Shown here in pieces: positions 19,682-30,659 of a stretch of DNA of 43,140 bases (the first letter of the stretch is position 1; each line of letters opens with the position of its first letter). The notes below the pieces were generated by a model. The model did not search any database, had not been told where the DNA came from, and was given only the letters and a program-made list of their open reading frames with translations. Origin of the DNA: Eremomyces bilateralis CBS 781.70 (taxonomy: Eukaryota); assembly GCA_010015585.1 (NCBI GenBank), contig ML975154.1; one strand, written 5' to 3'. The translations under genes and the position numbers were made by a program.

Positions 19682-21333
19682 ATGGCGTATATCACCGACG
19701 GGCTCTCCCCCCCATTGAGCTCCGGTTCCTCCGCCCAGTCCCCGGAATACAACTCCTCCGACTCCTCGCTCCCCCCGGTCCCCCATTCGAGTCACCATCC
19801 GGTTATCCTCCTTCGCCCGGACGCCAGCCAGGCGTCCTCGACCGCCAAAACGGACCATGGCCTCCCCCTCGCCGCGTCCCGCGGCCCGCTAAACGGGACC
19901 TACCACATCCCTCCGCGGCCCAAGCCCGGCCGCAAGACCGTCAACGAGGTGCCGCCGACCAAGCGGAAGCAGCAGAACCGGGAAGCGCAACGGTCGTTCC
20001 GGGCGAGACGGCAGCAGCAGAAAGAACAATTGGAGCAGGATGCGGTGAATAATAAGAAAGAGCGGGATGATTATGAGGGGCGGTTGGAGATGGCGAGTCG
20101 GCAGTTGACGCAGCAGGAGCAGGTGATTCATGGGCTGCAACAGCGGTGCGAGGCGGCGGAGGGGTCGGCGGGTCGGATGAATGGAGAGCTGGTGGAGATG
20201 CGAGCGAGGTTGGTGGAGGCGGAGAAGACGGTCCGGGGGAAAGATGAGGTGATAGAACGGTTGAGACGGCAGATTCAGATGGGTTCGAATGGCTCATCGA
20301 ACGCTGCGGCTCACCGATCGTATTCAGTCGATCAGAGTTATGTCGGACAGACGCAATATTCATCGGAGCATCGACGGTCGGAGACTACAAGCTATCCCGG
20401 CTTCAGCTCTACACCATCACAGACACCGTCCTCAGATGCCACGGAGTTGCCGGCCGACGCCGCTCCTTTCAAACCCTCGCCGGCGAAACAATCCAAGCGG
20501 GCTCCAGATGGCTGCGATAACTGCACCGAAGACCAGTGTCCCTGCGTCGAGCAATTCACAAACGTCACCTCCAAATCCGCCGACGAGATCACGACCGACA
20601 CGGACATGACTAACAACTTCTCCATCCCCTCCATCCCCTCCATCCTCACTCCCCAAGCATCCACCGACCCCTCCACCACAATTCCCACCCCTACCTCAAC
20701 CTTCGAAGACCGCGAAATCGACTTCACCAACTTCCTTAAGCCCGCCCCCACCGCACCCCCCACCGATCCCTCCTCCCCCTGCGGCTTCTGCACCGACCCC
20801 CAAAACTGCCTCTGCACAACCCCTGCCACCACCCCTGCTACCACCACCCCCATCTCCCTCCCACCCNNNNNNNNNNCCCACCCCCGAAAAAACCCCGCCG
20901 CCAACCTGGTACCTGCCCACAATGCCAGGCCAACCCCGAACAAAAGCGCTTCTGCGAAGAACTCTCCCGCCGCCGCGCCCCGTTGTCCATTCGCGAGATG
21001 ACCAACCCCTCCGACGTCCCCCCGCACGCGAAGCGCCCGCGCCTGTCCGCCGCCGCCGCGCCACCCCCAGACGCCACCCCTTGCGCCACCGAAACCAAGC
21101 GCGGAACGACGCTCGACGGCGACGGCCGCGAGGTGAAGATCACGTGTGCGGAGGCGTTCCAGGTGTTTCAGTCGTATCGGGAGACGGAGATGCGGGAGCG
21201 GGAGCGGGAAGAGGAGGAGGAGGAGAAAAGGAAAGGGTTTTCGGCGTTTGAGATTGGGGTGGGGGAGGCGTTGATGGCGATGGCGGCCATGAAGTCGGGG
21301 AGGAAGGGGGATGTGGAGATGGGAGATGGGTGA
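19682..21333 (+). CDS. hapX: HapX-like bZIP iron-responsive transcription factor; reading frame interrupted by an assembly gap
   Basis: Hap4-like motif HIPPRPKPGRK, bZIP basic region TKRKQQNREAQRSFRARR, coiled coil, Cys-rich regions GCDNCTEDQCPC and CGFCTDPQNCLC, and EIDFT motif. After the Ns, in the frame of ORF 20983..21333: QPGTCPQCQANPEQKRFC and ITCAEAF. Confidence 0.85.
20867..20876. other. Assembly gap (10 N) inside a C-rich tract
   Basis: Ns read directly. The hapX frame differs on the two sides, so the true gap length is probably not 10. Confidence 0.98.
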
Positions 21334-22758
21334 GGGATGGAGGCATGGTATATATACAATAGGTATTAGATGAGGTGCTTTGGGATGGATGGATGGTGCT
21401 TCATGTATAATACATGTAGATAACGAATCATACGCATGATGTATTTCGAGTGGATAGAACTGAGGGTCCTTCACCTTTCATGTACTCCTCTTGCCGAAGT
21501 GCGAGTTGTATATATACTTTCCAACTCGCGTAATGAAAAAAGGGGGGGGTCAGATTATCCCAAGAGAGGTGACGCCGTATGCTTCAGACCATCAGCTCTG
21601 TCTAATTCGGGAAGGCGGTAATTGGGATTTTGATAACCAAAATATGCGCTAGACCATCAACTCTCCTCCTACAAATGGCGAGAATCCGGACCGGTTTACG
21701 AATTGCTCTGAATTGATGGAAACACGGTTCTACGTAACACAATCCAACGCCATAAACTCTAACCACCCAATCCTGCTCATCCAACGCGATTCTCCCTCCG
21801 CGTCCACGTCCGCGACGACATATCCCCCGACACCCCCACCCTGGCACCAATCACCGGATGCCCCAAGCTCTCCGCTGCCTAATCCACACCATTGAACGTT
21901 CATGCAGATTCCGCAGCTCCGCTGGTAGCTATGGGTTTGCTTTGGGAACGGTTTCGGGCCGTGGGATGGTGGGGGAGAAGCCGATTGGCTAGGACTGGGT
22001 TCTGGGGACTTTTTTTAGGAGCAGGTGCTGGGGTCGTCTTGGCGGCGAAGGAGACCATTCTGAAGTTTCTGGCGGGGATTTCGACGTTGTTGAAGGCGTC
22101 GTGTAAGCAGCGGAGTTCAACGGGGAGGCTACGGTCCGCGGTGGGGATGGATTTGCAAGTGGTGGTAGGGGTGGGGTTGTGGGGTCGTGGGACGGTGCCA
22201 TGGTCGTGTGTCGAGAGGTAGATGGGGAAATGTGCTCTGAGTGCCGGGATATCGAACGCATTGATGACGAGGAAGGAATATAACTGGATGACGAGGATGC
22301 TTCGGGTTTAAGGGGAAGGGGTGAGGGAGGCTTTGATTCGTGTGCGGGTAGAACATAATCCTCCGCGAGGAGCGCACTAGGCAGTATGAGAGGGTCGGGT
22401 GAAGAAGACAGAGATTCGTTCCCTCTTTGAAACAGCTGACGGAACGTGTTGCGGAACATCGACTGGAGTGGGATCGCGAGTCGCTGGGTGGGAAACTTGA
22501 TTGGATTCTGTCGCGGGGGGGTCGGCCGTAAAACCACCATCCCACGACACATCCCACTGTTGCGCCGACGATGCGAAGTGATCAGAGCTAGAAACATCGG
22601 TCTCATAACCGGAAACAACGGTCTCGCCCTGCGACACCCGGTCATTCGTACTCTCCTGTTATTTCTTGCCCCCGAAGTTAGTAAAGCGCGACAATTTTTG
22701 ACGATCGGTTGGTAGGTAATATTATTTTTCATTTGGTTGGTTGAATCTGCTAGGGGTA

Positions 22759-24285
22759 TCAGTGTTGAGTCTCAACTGCTTGGTTTGAGACCTCCGTGTT
22801 TTCAGCGTCATGCATGACAAATTTTGACGGCCGGAAGATCTGGAGTTGGTTGTCCTCCGCGCAGGCGGCTAGGAGCCACGGGTCGTTCTTATTCCAGCTG
22901 AAGTCCGCGACACGGTTGGTGAAGCCGCCGTGCATGAAGAAGCTGTTGATTCTCTAGTCAGCGATGTGGACTGAAGGGGTGAAGGGGATGACTTACAGCT
23001 CCGGGGCCCCGTCTTCCGCTTCTTCTGCAGTTTGCTCATTTCCGATTCGGTTGATATCCCACATGATCAGTCGTCGATCGTCACTACTGCTAGCGAACAG
23101 ATTAGGCATCACCGGATTCCACTCCAGCTTCATAACTGCATCTTTATGGCCTTCGCAGCACTCGCTCATCTTGTTCAGGTACCGCAGATCCCAGATACCG
23201 ACCGTGCTGTCTGCCGAGCCGGTCAATACGATCGGATCCCAGGTCGGGTGGAAAGCCAAGCAGTTGATCGGCTTCGCGTGCGCTTCTTTCTTGAAAAGTG
23301 CAGGCTTGTCGGCTGACTGTCGGGTGTCAATCACCTGGAATGTCAAGTCGTCCGAGACCGACCCTATCCACGACTTGTGGATCGGGTGGTATTGAACATC
23401 GTTGACAGTTGCCGAATGGTTTCGATACGTCGTCTTCGGCTTGATTGTAGAGGCGCCCTTGGTGTAGCCACCTTGCAGGTCCCAAACGCGGACGGTGCTG
23501 TCCTCGGTACCCGTCACAAGATGGCCTTCATCATGAGGACTCCAAGCAAGTCCGAACCCTTCCCTTTGGTGCCCGACGAGCTGCAAATCCATTTGGTTTT
23601 CTTCGGGAGATTTCGGTTCCAGAGGATGCTTAGTCCGGTCATAGATGAGCGCGCGACCAGTGCTGTCCATCGTAGCGATGATGTTCGCGTTCTGCGGCTG
23701 ATATCGTGCCTTGTTCACTTCCCCGGGATGGTTCATCTTCTGGATGATGTTGAAGGTGAACGGCTTCCTGGCGTTGCCGTGACCGCCGACTTCCCCGGAT
23801 TGTTCATTGAAGTCGGTGATGCTTGGCTTGCCGGGTTCCGGGATTTCAGTCTGTGCGATCTGGAGATAGTTATTCGTACCATCCGAGGTGTTTGTGCCGA
23901 TGAGCATTCGATGCTGGTAGAGTCCATCCCCTCCAGGTGCTCTGGACCGTATTAGATAGTCCTTTGCTTCGATGCCGCATCGAACTTACTCCTTCCTGTC
24001 TGGCAGCCATTGTGTGGTAAGAGATGGCCACTCAAGAGCACGGCTGGTGAATTTGTTAGCCTATACTATTCTCGAACTGATATGACTGCTGGGGAAGCTC
24101 ACGCATAGATGAGGTCATAAAGGAGGACGGAGTTCTTCTTCCATATCTTGTACTCCTCATTGATGATCTTCTGTTCCCGGTATGGATCGTCTCTGATAGA
24201 GTTAGGGTCGATCTCCTCTAGAATATGGTCAGGACTAGTCATGTAGATATCGATCGGGATGCGCACCATCATATCCTCCTTCCAT
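22759..24285 (-). CDS. HAT2: Histone-binding WD40 protein, RBBP4/MSI1 family, histone acetyltransferase type B subunit 2-like
   Basis: complement(join(22759..22942,22997..23941,23990..24043,24103..24217,24267..24285)). Motifs: [75 protein letters not shown]. Confidence 0.93.
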
Positions 24286-24930
24286 GATTGCTATCTGATG
24301 TAGAGTATGGGACTGCTCAGGTTTGTGATGCGTTGTGTCGATACAGTGGTGCAGATGTGTAAGTAGGTGGGAGGATGCGATACCGTAGGTAAGCTATTTT
24401 AGCAGAGGTTAAAGCGGAGCGAAGGTGGAAATAAGTGCAGTAGGTCTTGGTTGAAGCTGAGGGATGGTGGTGTGGAAGCTCTTTCCAATATTAGAACGCG
24501 TTTCTCAACTTTGGACGCGTTCCTCAGATGATTATGGGCACGTGACCCGCCATAGATCTCACAGACCCATTTCCTCATACCATGTTTTATATTATGTTTT
24601 ATATTATGTAATTATCACGTGCTTTGTGCTGAATGTTTCCCCACCGACCACCCACAAGTCACTCACGTGACCGCCTCTCACCAACTTCACTCAGCTTCAT
24701 TGCGACAACTTGACTCTTTCCTGGATCAAGGACCTCTGAGTCGAGAATCTACGTCACTATCATAACCGCGCCGCGAGCGCTTAATCGCATCCTACCTCTA
24801 GAGGAGTTCACGGCTTGCCACCTTTCCGCGGACTCAATACCCAAGCCTCTCATCATTTGAGGCATCCCATCCACCATCGTTTTTGGCCAAACCACAGCTC
24901 CACGTTGATTATTGTTGAGACACAGCCATC
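24286..24930. promoter_or_regulatory. Divergent HAT2/XRN1 promoter with two MCB boxes and three CACGTG E-boxes
   Basis: ACGCGT at 24496-24501 and 24515-24520; CACGTG at 24539, 24616 and 24664 (TCACGTG contexts on one or both strands); AT-rich 12-nt tandem repeat ATGTTTTATATT x2 near 24582-24609. Confidence 0.6.
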
Positions 24931-27900
24931 ATGGGTGTCCCAAAATTCTTTCGCTGGCTCTCGGAGCGGTATCCCACCATCTCACAGCTGATCGCGGAGA
25001 ACCGAATCCCCGAGTTCGACTGCCTTTATGTATGTCGCCTCACCGTATGGGATGGCCATGACTGACTTGAGGGGACACAGCTCGACATGAATGGAATCAT
25101 CCATAACTGCACGCACAATGATTCCGACTCGCCAACTTTCCGCATGACGGAAGACAAGATGTTCATCGCGATTTTCAACTACATCGAGCATCTGTTCGGA
25201 AAGATCAAGCCTAACAAGCTGTTCTTCATGGCCATCGATGGCGTGGCCCCTCGCGCGAAGATGAACCAGCAGCGTGCTCGCCGATTTCGTACCGCTTTGG
25301 ACACCGAACTTGCTCGCGAGAAAGCAATCAGAGAGGGTCTAGAGATGCCGACGGAAGAGGCATTCGACAGCAATTGCATTACGCCTGGGACAGAGTTCAT
25401 GGCAAAGCTTACGCAACAACTCAAATATTTCATCAACAAGAAGGTTTCGGAGGACAAAGACTGGCAAGGCGTCGAGGTCGTCCTTTCTGGTCATGAAGTT
25501 CCCGGTGAAGGGGAGCACAAAATCATGGAGTACATCCGACTGGCAAAGTCGCAACCGGACTATGATGCCAATAGACGGCATTGTTTGTATGGTCTTGACG
25601 CCGATCTGATCATGCTTGGCTTGTTGAGCCACGATCCGCATTTCTGTCTGCTTCGAGAAGAAGTTACATTTGGCCGGTCGAACCAGAAGAAATCCAAGGA
25701 ATTGGAGCACCAAAACTTCTTCCTTCTTCACCTCTGCCTTGTTCGCGAATATCTGGAGCTCGAATTTCAGGCTCTGAAAGAGCCCGGAGCATTGTCCTTT
25801 AACTTCGACATGGAGCACATTATCGATGATTTCATTCTCATGGCGTTCTTCGTCGGCAACGACTTTTTGCCGAATCTTCCCCATCTTCACATCAACGAAG
25901 GTGCACTGTCACTCATGTTCAATGTCTACAAACAAATCCTACCCAAGGCGAAAGGGTACATCAATGAAGGCGGGACTATCAACATGGAGAGACTCCTGCT
26001 TCTTCTTGATGAATTGTCCAATGTGGAATATCGGTTCTTCGAGTCGGAAAACTCGGATGCATCGTGGCTGAAAGGAAAGCAGAAGATGACCGAAGAAGAA
26101 TTTGCGCAGCGCTCCAAGAAGGGTCGGAAACTTGTCATCTCCCCGGAGCAGAAGGTCTTGTTGAAGAAGATCAAGAAGTACGTCATCAGCAGTCAGGAGA
26201 ATCCAGCGGAAGCTGGCTCCTACGACCTGCCTGCAACTCTTCCTGCACGCGATCGCGAGTTCGTAAAACAACTCGCAGACAGCTTGCACCTGCAATGGAC
26301 GACTGTGGAGGAGGAATCCGGCGATCGGCATCTGCAGCTCAACCTCCCTCCGAGGCTCGAAGGAGACGAGGATGATGAGGCTGAAGCGGATAATGAGGAA
26401 GCATCTCTGGCCCTTTTCAGCGTCTTCCGAAAATACGAAGGCGCGAAAGTCGTGGACATGAGCATGGAAGACAATCAAGCCGAATTGGAGAAGAAATACC
26501 AAGAGGAGTTCGTTAAGTGGAAGAATTCTCATTACCAATCCAAATTTGGTTGGGGTCTCGACAATGAGGAAGAGTTGAGGAAGCTTACGGAGAACTATGT
26601 TCAAGGACTTCAATGGGTCCTCTTCTACTATTATCGAGGAGTTGCTTCATGGCCGTGGTTTTACGCCTATCATTATGCGCCTATGATTTCGGATGTCAAG
26701 AAGGGTCTTGGAGCCGACATGAACTTCAAGCTTGGTCAGCCATTCCGACCTTACCAGCAGCTGATGGGCGTCCTTCCGGATCGCAGCAAGAAGATTGTTC
26801 CGGAAGCATATCATGACTTGATGACGAACAAGGATTCTCCTATTATCGATTTCTATCCTCGCGACTTTGAACTGGATATGAACGGAAAGAAGCAGGAGTG
26901 GGAAGCGGTGGTTAAAATCCCTTTCATTGATGAGAAACGACTTCTTCCCGCCATGGCAACGAAGGAGAATTTGCTCACTGAGGACGAGCGAGCGAGGAAT
27001 GGTTTCGGCGTTTCTTTGAAGTTCACTTATAGTCCGGATTTGGACTATGTCTATCCCTCTTCCCTGGCCGGAATCTTCCCGGATTTGGCGCATTGCAAGT
27101 GCATTGAAAACATCTTCGAGCTGCCAACGATGGATGGCTTGGAGGTTTATGTCGGCCTGGTTGAAGGCGTTCAGCTAGGAGCCGAGGCGCTTGCTGGGTT
27201 CCCGAGCTTGTATACCCTTCCTTGCACCGGTACACTGGGATTCCATGGCATTACCGTGTTTCAACAGGAGTCCCGGAATGAGAGCATGGTGGTTACTGTG
27301 TCTGATTCCGACGAACGCGGAAAGGCTTCAACGGCAAAGGAACGCCTTGGGAAGAGCGTATTTATTGGATATCCCTTCCTCCAAGAAGCGAAGGTAGTCA
27401 AAGTTACCGATGAACTTTTGAGCTACACCCTGAATGCGAATGGGCAGTTGATGCAGTCTCCACTGAGCCCGAGGGAAATGGAGAATTTCCAGAAGAAGTC
27501 GGACAGGGTCGAGGCAATGTACAGCAAGAAGCTGGGCGTCGTCATCGGCCCGGTGGAGTCTATTGTCCATGTGGAACCCCTCCGTGGTCTGAAGAAAACT
27601 CCCGATGGGGCTACAGTCAAAGACTACGCCGAGGTTCCAGGCATTGAAACGGAGTATGCGGCCCAAACCGTCGTGGAATCGGTGTTCAGCGAAGATCAGC
27701 GATTCCTCGAGAAAGCAGCCGTTCCATTCGAGGAAGAGTTCCCCATCGGTGCCCGCGCTTTCTTCCTTGGCGAGATGGCATACGGCCGACCGCTCGAAGT
27801 TGCGAGCCACCTCTCTGCGACCCATGCGGAAGTGCTGGTCCTGACGCAAAAGGGCAAGGAGCAAGAGTTTGGGCGTGACATCGTCCGTATAGCGGAGCAA

Positions 27901-29325
27901 CAAACGAGATACACGCCGTCGTTCGCGGTTGCGCGGATGCTTCATCTTAGTCCCCTGGTGTTGAGCAGGCTGACGTCGGCATTTTCGGTCAACTCCAGTG
28001 GACTCCGCCTGAACTTGGGGCTCAACTTGAAGTTCGAGTCCAAGAAGCAAAAGGTCCTTGGATACTCTCGCAAATCAACCTCCGGGTGGGAGTACAGTCC
28101 AAAGGCAGTCGAGCTGATCCAGCAATACATGATCCGATTCCCGGAGTTCATAGCTGGAGTGAGTGCGAACCCGAAGGGCGATCTCTACGAGGACACCGAC
28201 TTCTACCCTCAAGATGTCGCTGCGGCGAAAATGAAAGAGATCGGCCAATGGCTGAAGTCCATTGAAGCCAAGAGCTTTGAACGTGTTTCCCTGGAAGCCG
28301 AGCAGCTCGACTCCGATGTTGTGGCACAGATTGAGCAAAAGGCGGACCAGATCAGCCAGAACTCGCCTCCGTTCGAACGGAAGCGCATCAAGAGCGTTCC
28401 TCGCAATGCCATCCTCAAGCCATCCGACGCGGAGCAACGCATCGGTCCTCAGCGTTTCCAACTCGGCGATCGTATCGTCTACGTCCTTGACTCCGGTCGT
28501 GTCCCCATTGGTCTGAAAGGAACTGTGGTCGGCATGACCCGCACGTCGCGGACGATGTTCCTGGACGTCGTGTTCGATCATACATTCATGTCCGGATCGT
28601 CCCTCGGTGAGCGGTGCTCGCCATTCCGCGGATCCACCGTTCCAGCCGAGAGTGTCCTAAATCTCACCGACAAGCAAGCCATCGTTTACACGTCCGCTTC
28701 CTCTGCTCGAAATCCAAACCAAGCCGCCGAACCGCTTACGGTGCCTGGCTACTACGGTGCTCCTGCCGCCGCCGGTGGTGCAGGCCAATACCGCGCCGCC
28801 CCATCACCCGCGCCGCTTCGCGGATCGTTCCGCGGTGCCTTATCTCGAGGCAACAACGGCACGCCTCGAGGCGGTGCCCGAGGGCAGTTCCAACAATCCC
28901 TCCCCTTCCGCACCGCCGAGCAAAACACCCCGCCCGCCAACGAAAACGGCACCGTGTCCAACAGCCGCGGCCGCGCCGGCTACGCCCCCAGAAACTTCCC
29001 CAACTCCTCGCCCGCCCACCCCGGCCAAAACGGCCACATCCAGCGTGGCCGCGGCCGCGGCGGGCTCGGCTCGGGGTCCGCGCCGCATGTCAACAACACG
29101 CAGGGATTCGTGGTCACGGATTTGGATAACCCGGCGGAGGGCATCGTGCCGAACAATCCGAACTTTCAGCCGCAACAGTATAACTCGGTGCCGCCTCCGT
29201 CGACGCTGCATCCGAATCAGGGGCGCGGTCGCGGGGGGTTTGGCGGGGGGAGGGGGAGGGGGTTTAATGGGGGAAGGGGGAGGGGTGGGCCGAGGGGTGG
29301 GAGAGGGCGTGGACAGGCGCAGTAG
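24931..29325 (+). CDS. XRN1: 5'-3' exoribonuclease 1
   Basis: join(24931..25029,25081..29325); intron GTATGT...CTGAC...CAG. Motifs: MGVPKFFRWLSERYP, LYLDMNGIIHNC, MAIDGVAPRAKMNQQRARRF, FDSNCITPGTEFM, VPGEGEHKIMEYIR, HCLYGLDADLIML. Length and C-terminal domains fit XRN1 rather than XRN2/Rat1. Confidence 0.97.
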
Positions 29326-30659
29326 GGTTCCAACTCGGACGCGTTTGAGAACTAGTGGTGGAAATTCTTGCGAAGAGGTGGTTGGCAATGTCTACAGTAG
29401 TGAGGCTGGCTCTCATGAACGGTCTACTAGTTAAGGCATATTGAAAGGACTGGCCGACTGCGGATCGAAGACAGTATCGATCGCATGAGTATGTCGTGGG
29501 ATCGGCGATGCCGACTAAGTCGGTCAGATTCAGAAACTATCGATGTTTCTGCTAATGCCACCGCCACGGAAAATTTGCGAAAATTTGCGAAAAGCGGTAG
29601 ATCTCGTGATGATACTTCATGCTCTGCTTCGTCTACATGCGCCGAGACTCCGAAGACGGAAGGATTGCCTACTCTCTATCGCAACAGATCTCGAGTCGTT
29701 CAACAACTTCACGACCAACCGAGTATAGTCACCCCAAGTGGTCCCGAGTAAGAATGTTCAAAGACGCCGCAATGTCGCCGGTACTCTGTTTCCACTGCAT
29801 GTCCTGAGCATACCATCCACCTTGAATGTTCGCCAAGACGTCTTCATCCCCATCTCCGCACTCTTCATCGCGCCCATGGTTGTCAGGGCCGATGGCAGCC
29901 TTCAACGACAGCTCGCATGTGGTCTGGCGTGAAGATTTGCCTTCGATGACTATGTAGATGATACCTGAATCCATCGACCAAGTAGAATAGGTAGCACGAC
30001 CGGGAAGACCGGTTCGTTTTAGACAAAACTCGCGGGACAGGTGACCACAGTTGCGTCGATCGAGCTCCAACCTGGCACTCCTTCATTGTACCTCAACCGA
30101 ACCGCCTTCACCCTCTATGACCACGTTTGTATCCATCTTTTTCCAACTGTATAACGACAAGCGGACCGCAGCGTTGTAGCCAAACGCAGTATTCGCCGCC
30201 CCCGACACGAGGGACCATCCGACGATTGACGTCAGAACCGCTAGCCATATTAAGGGACCAAACTCTCCGCACGACCACCCTTCATTATTGCCTGCAGTGA
30301 GTGCAGCATGTCGCCCACCTCTTCAATCCAGTACGCCATTATTCAATCTAGCGCAACCCGTGCTTGATAAGGCTTTGGACTATTCGCGAAAGCGGTCGGC
30401 CCACCTTCGCTTTCCTGCGTACGACCCGAGCTCCGGTGCGACATCACAACCCGGCCCCGAACCCCCAGTAAAGCGCTGCAAACGCCCTCTCTCGTGGCCT
30501 TATATCACCAACGACCTTGAAAATCCATCTCCGCCTGCCTCACTTCCCCCGAGCGCGCACCAGCCGCCCTCGTCCCTATTATTCCCATCCCGCCGCGGAC
30601 CAAACCCCCTGCGTCCACCCCTCCCGCCGCGCTTCTCCAGCTCGGAGGCGGCTGTGAGG

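Noticed and set aside
20392..21474. 360-aa antisense ORF, and similar long antisense ORFs over other genes
   Set aside because: Shadow frames of GC-rich, C/G-skewed coding sequence, with no motifs.
29485..30086. Short ORFs and the AAATTTGCGA x2 repeat between XRN1 and the histidine kinase
   Set aside because: No recognisable domain or splice structure; repeat too short to interpret.
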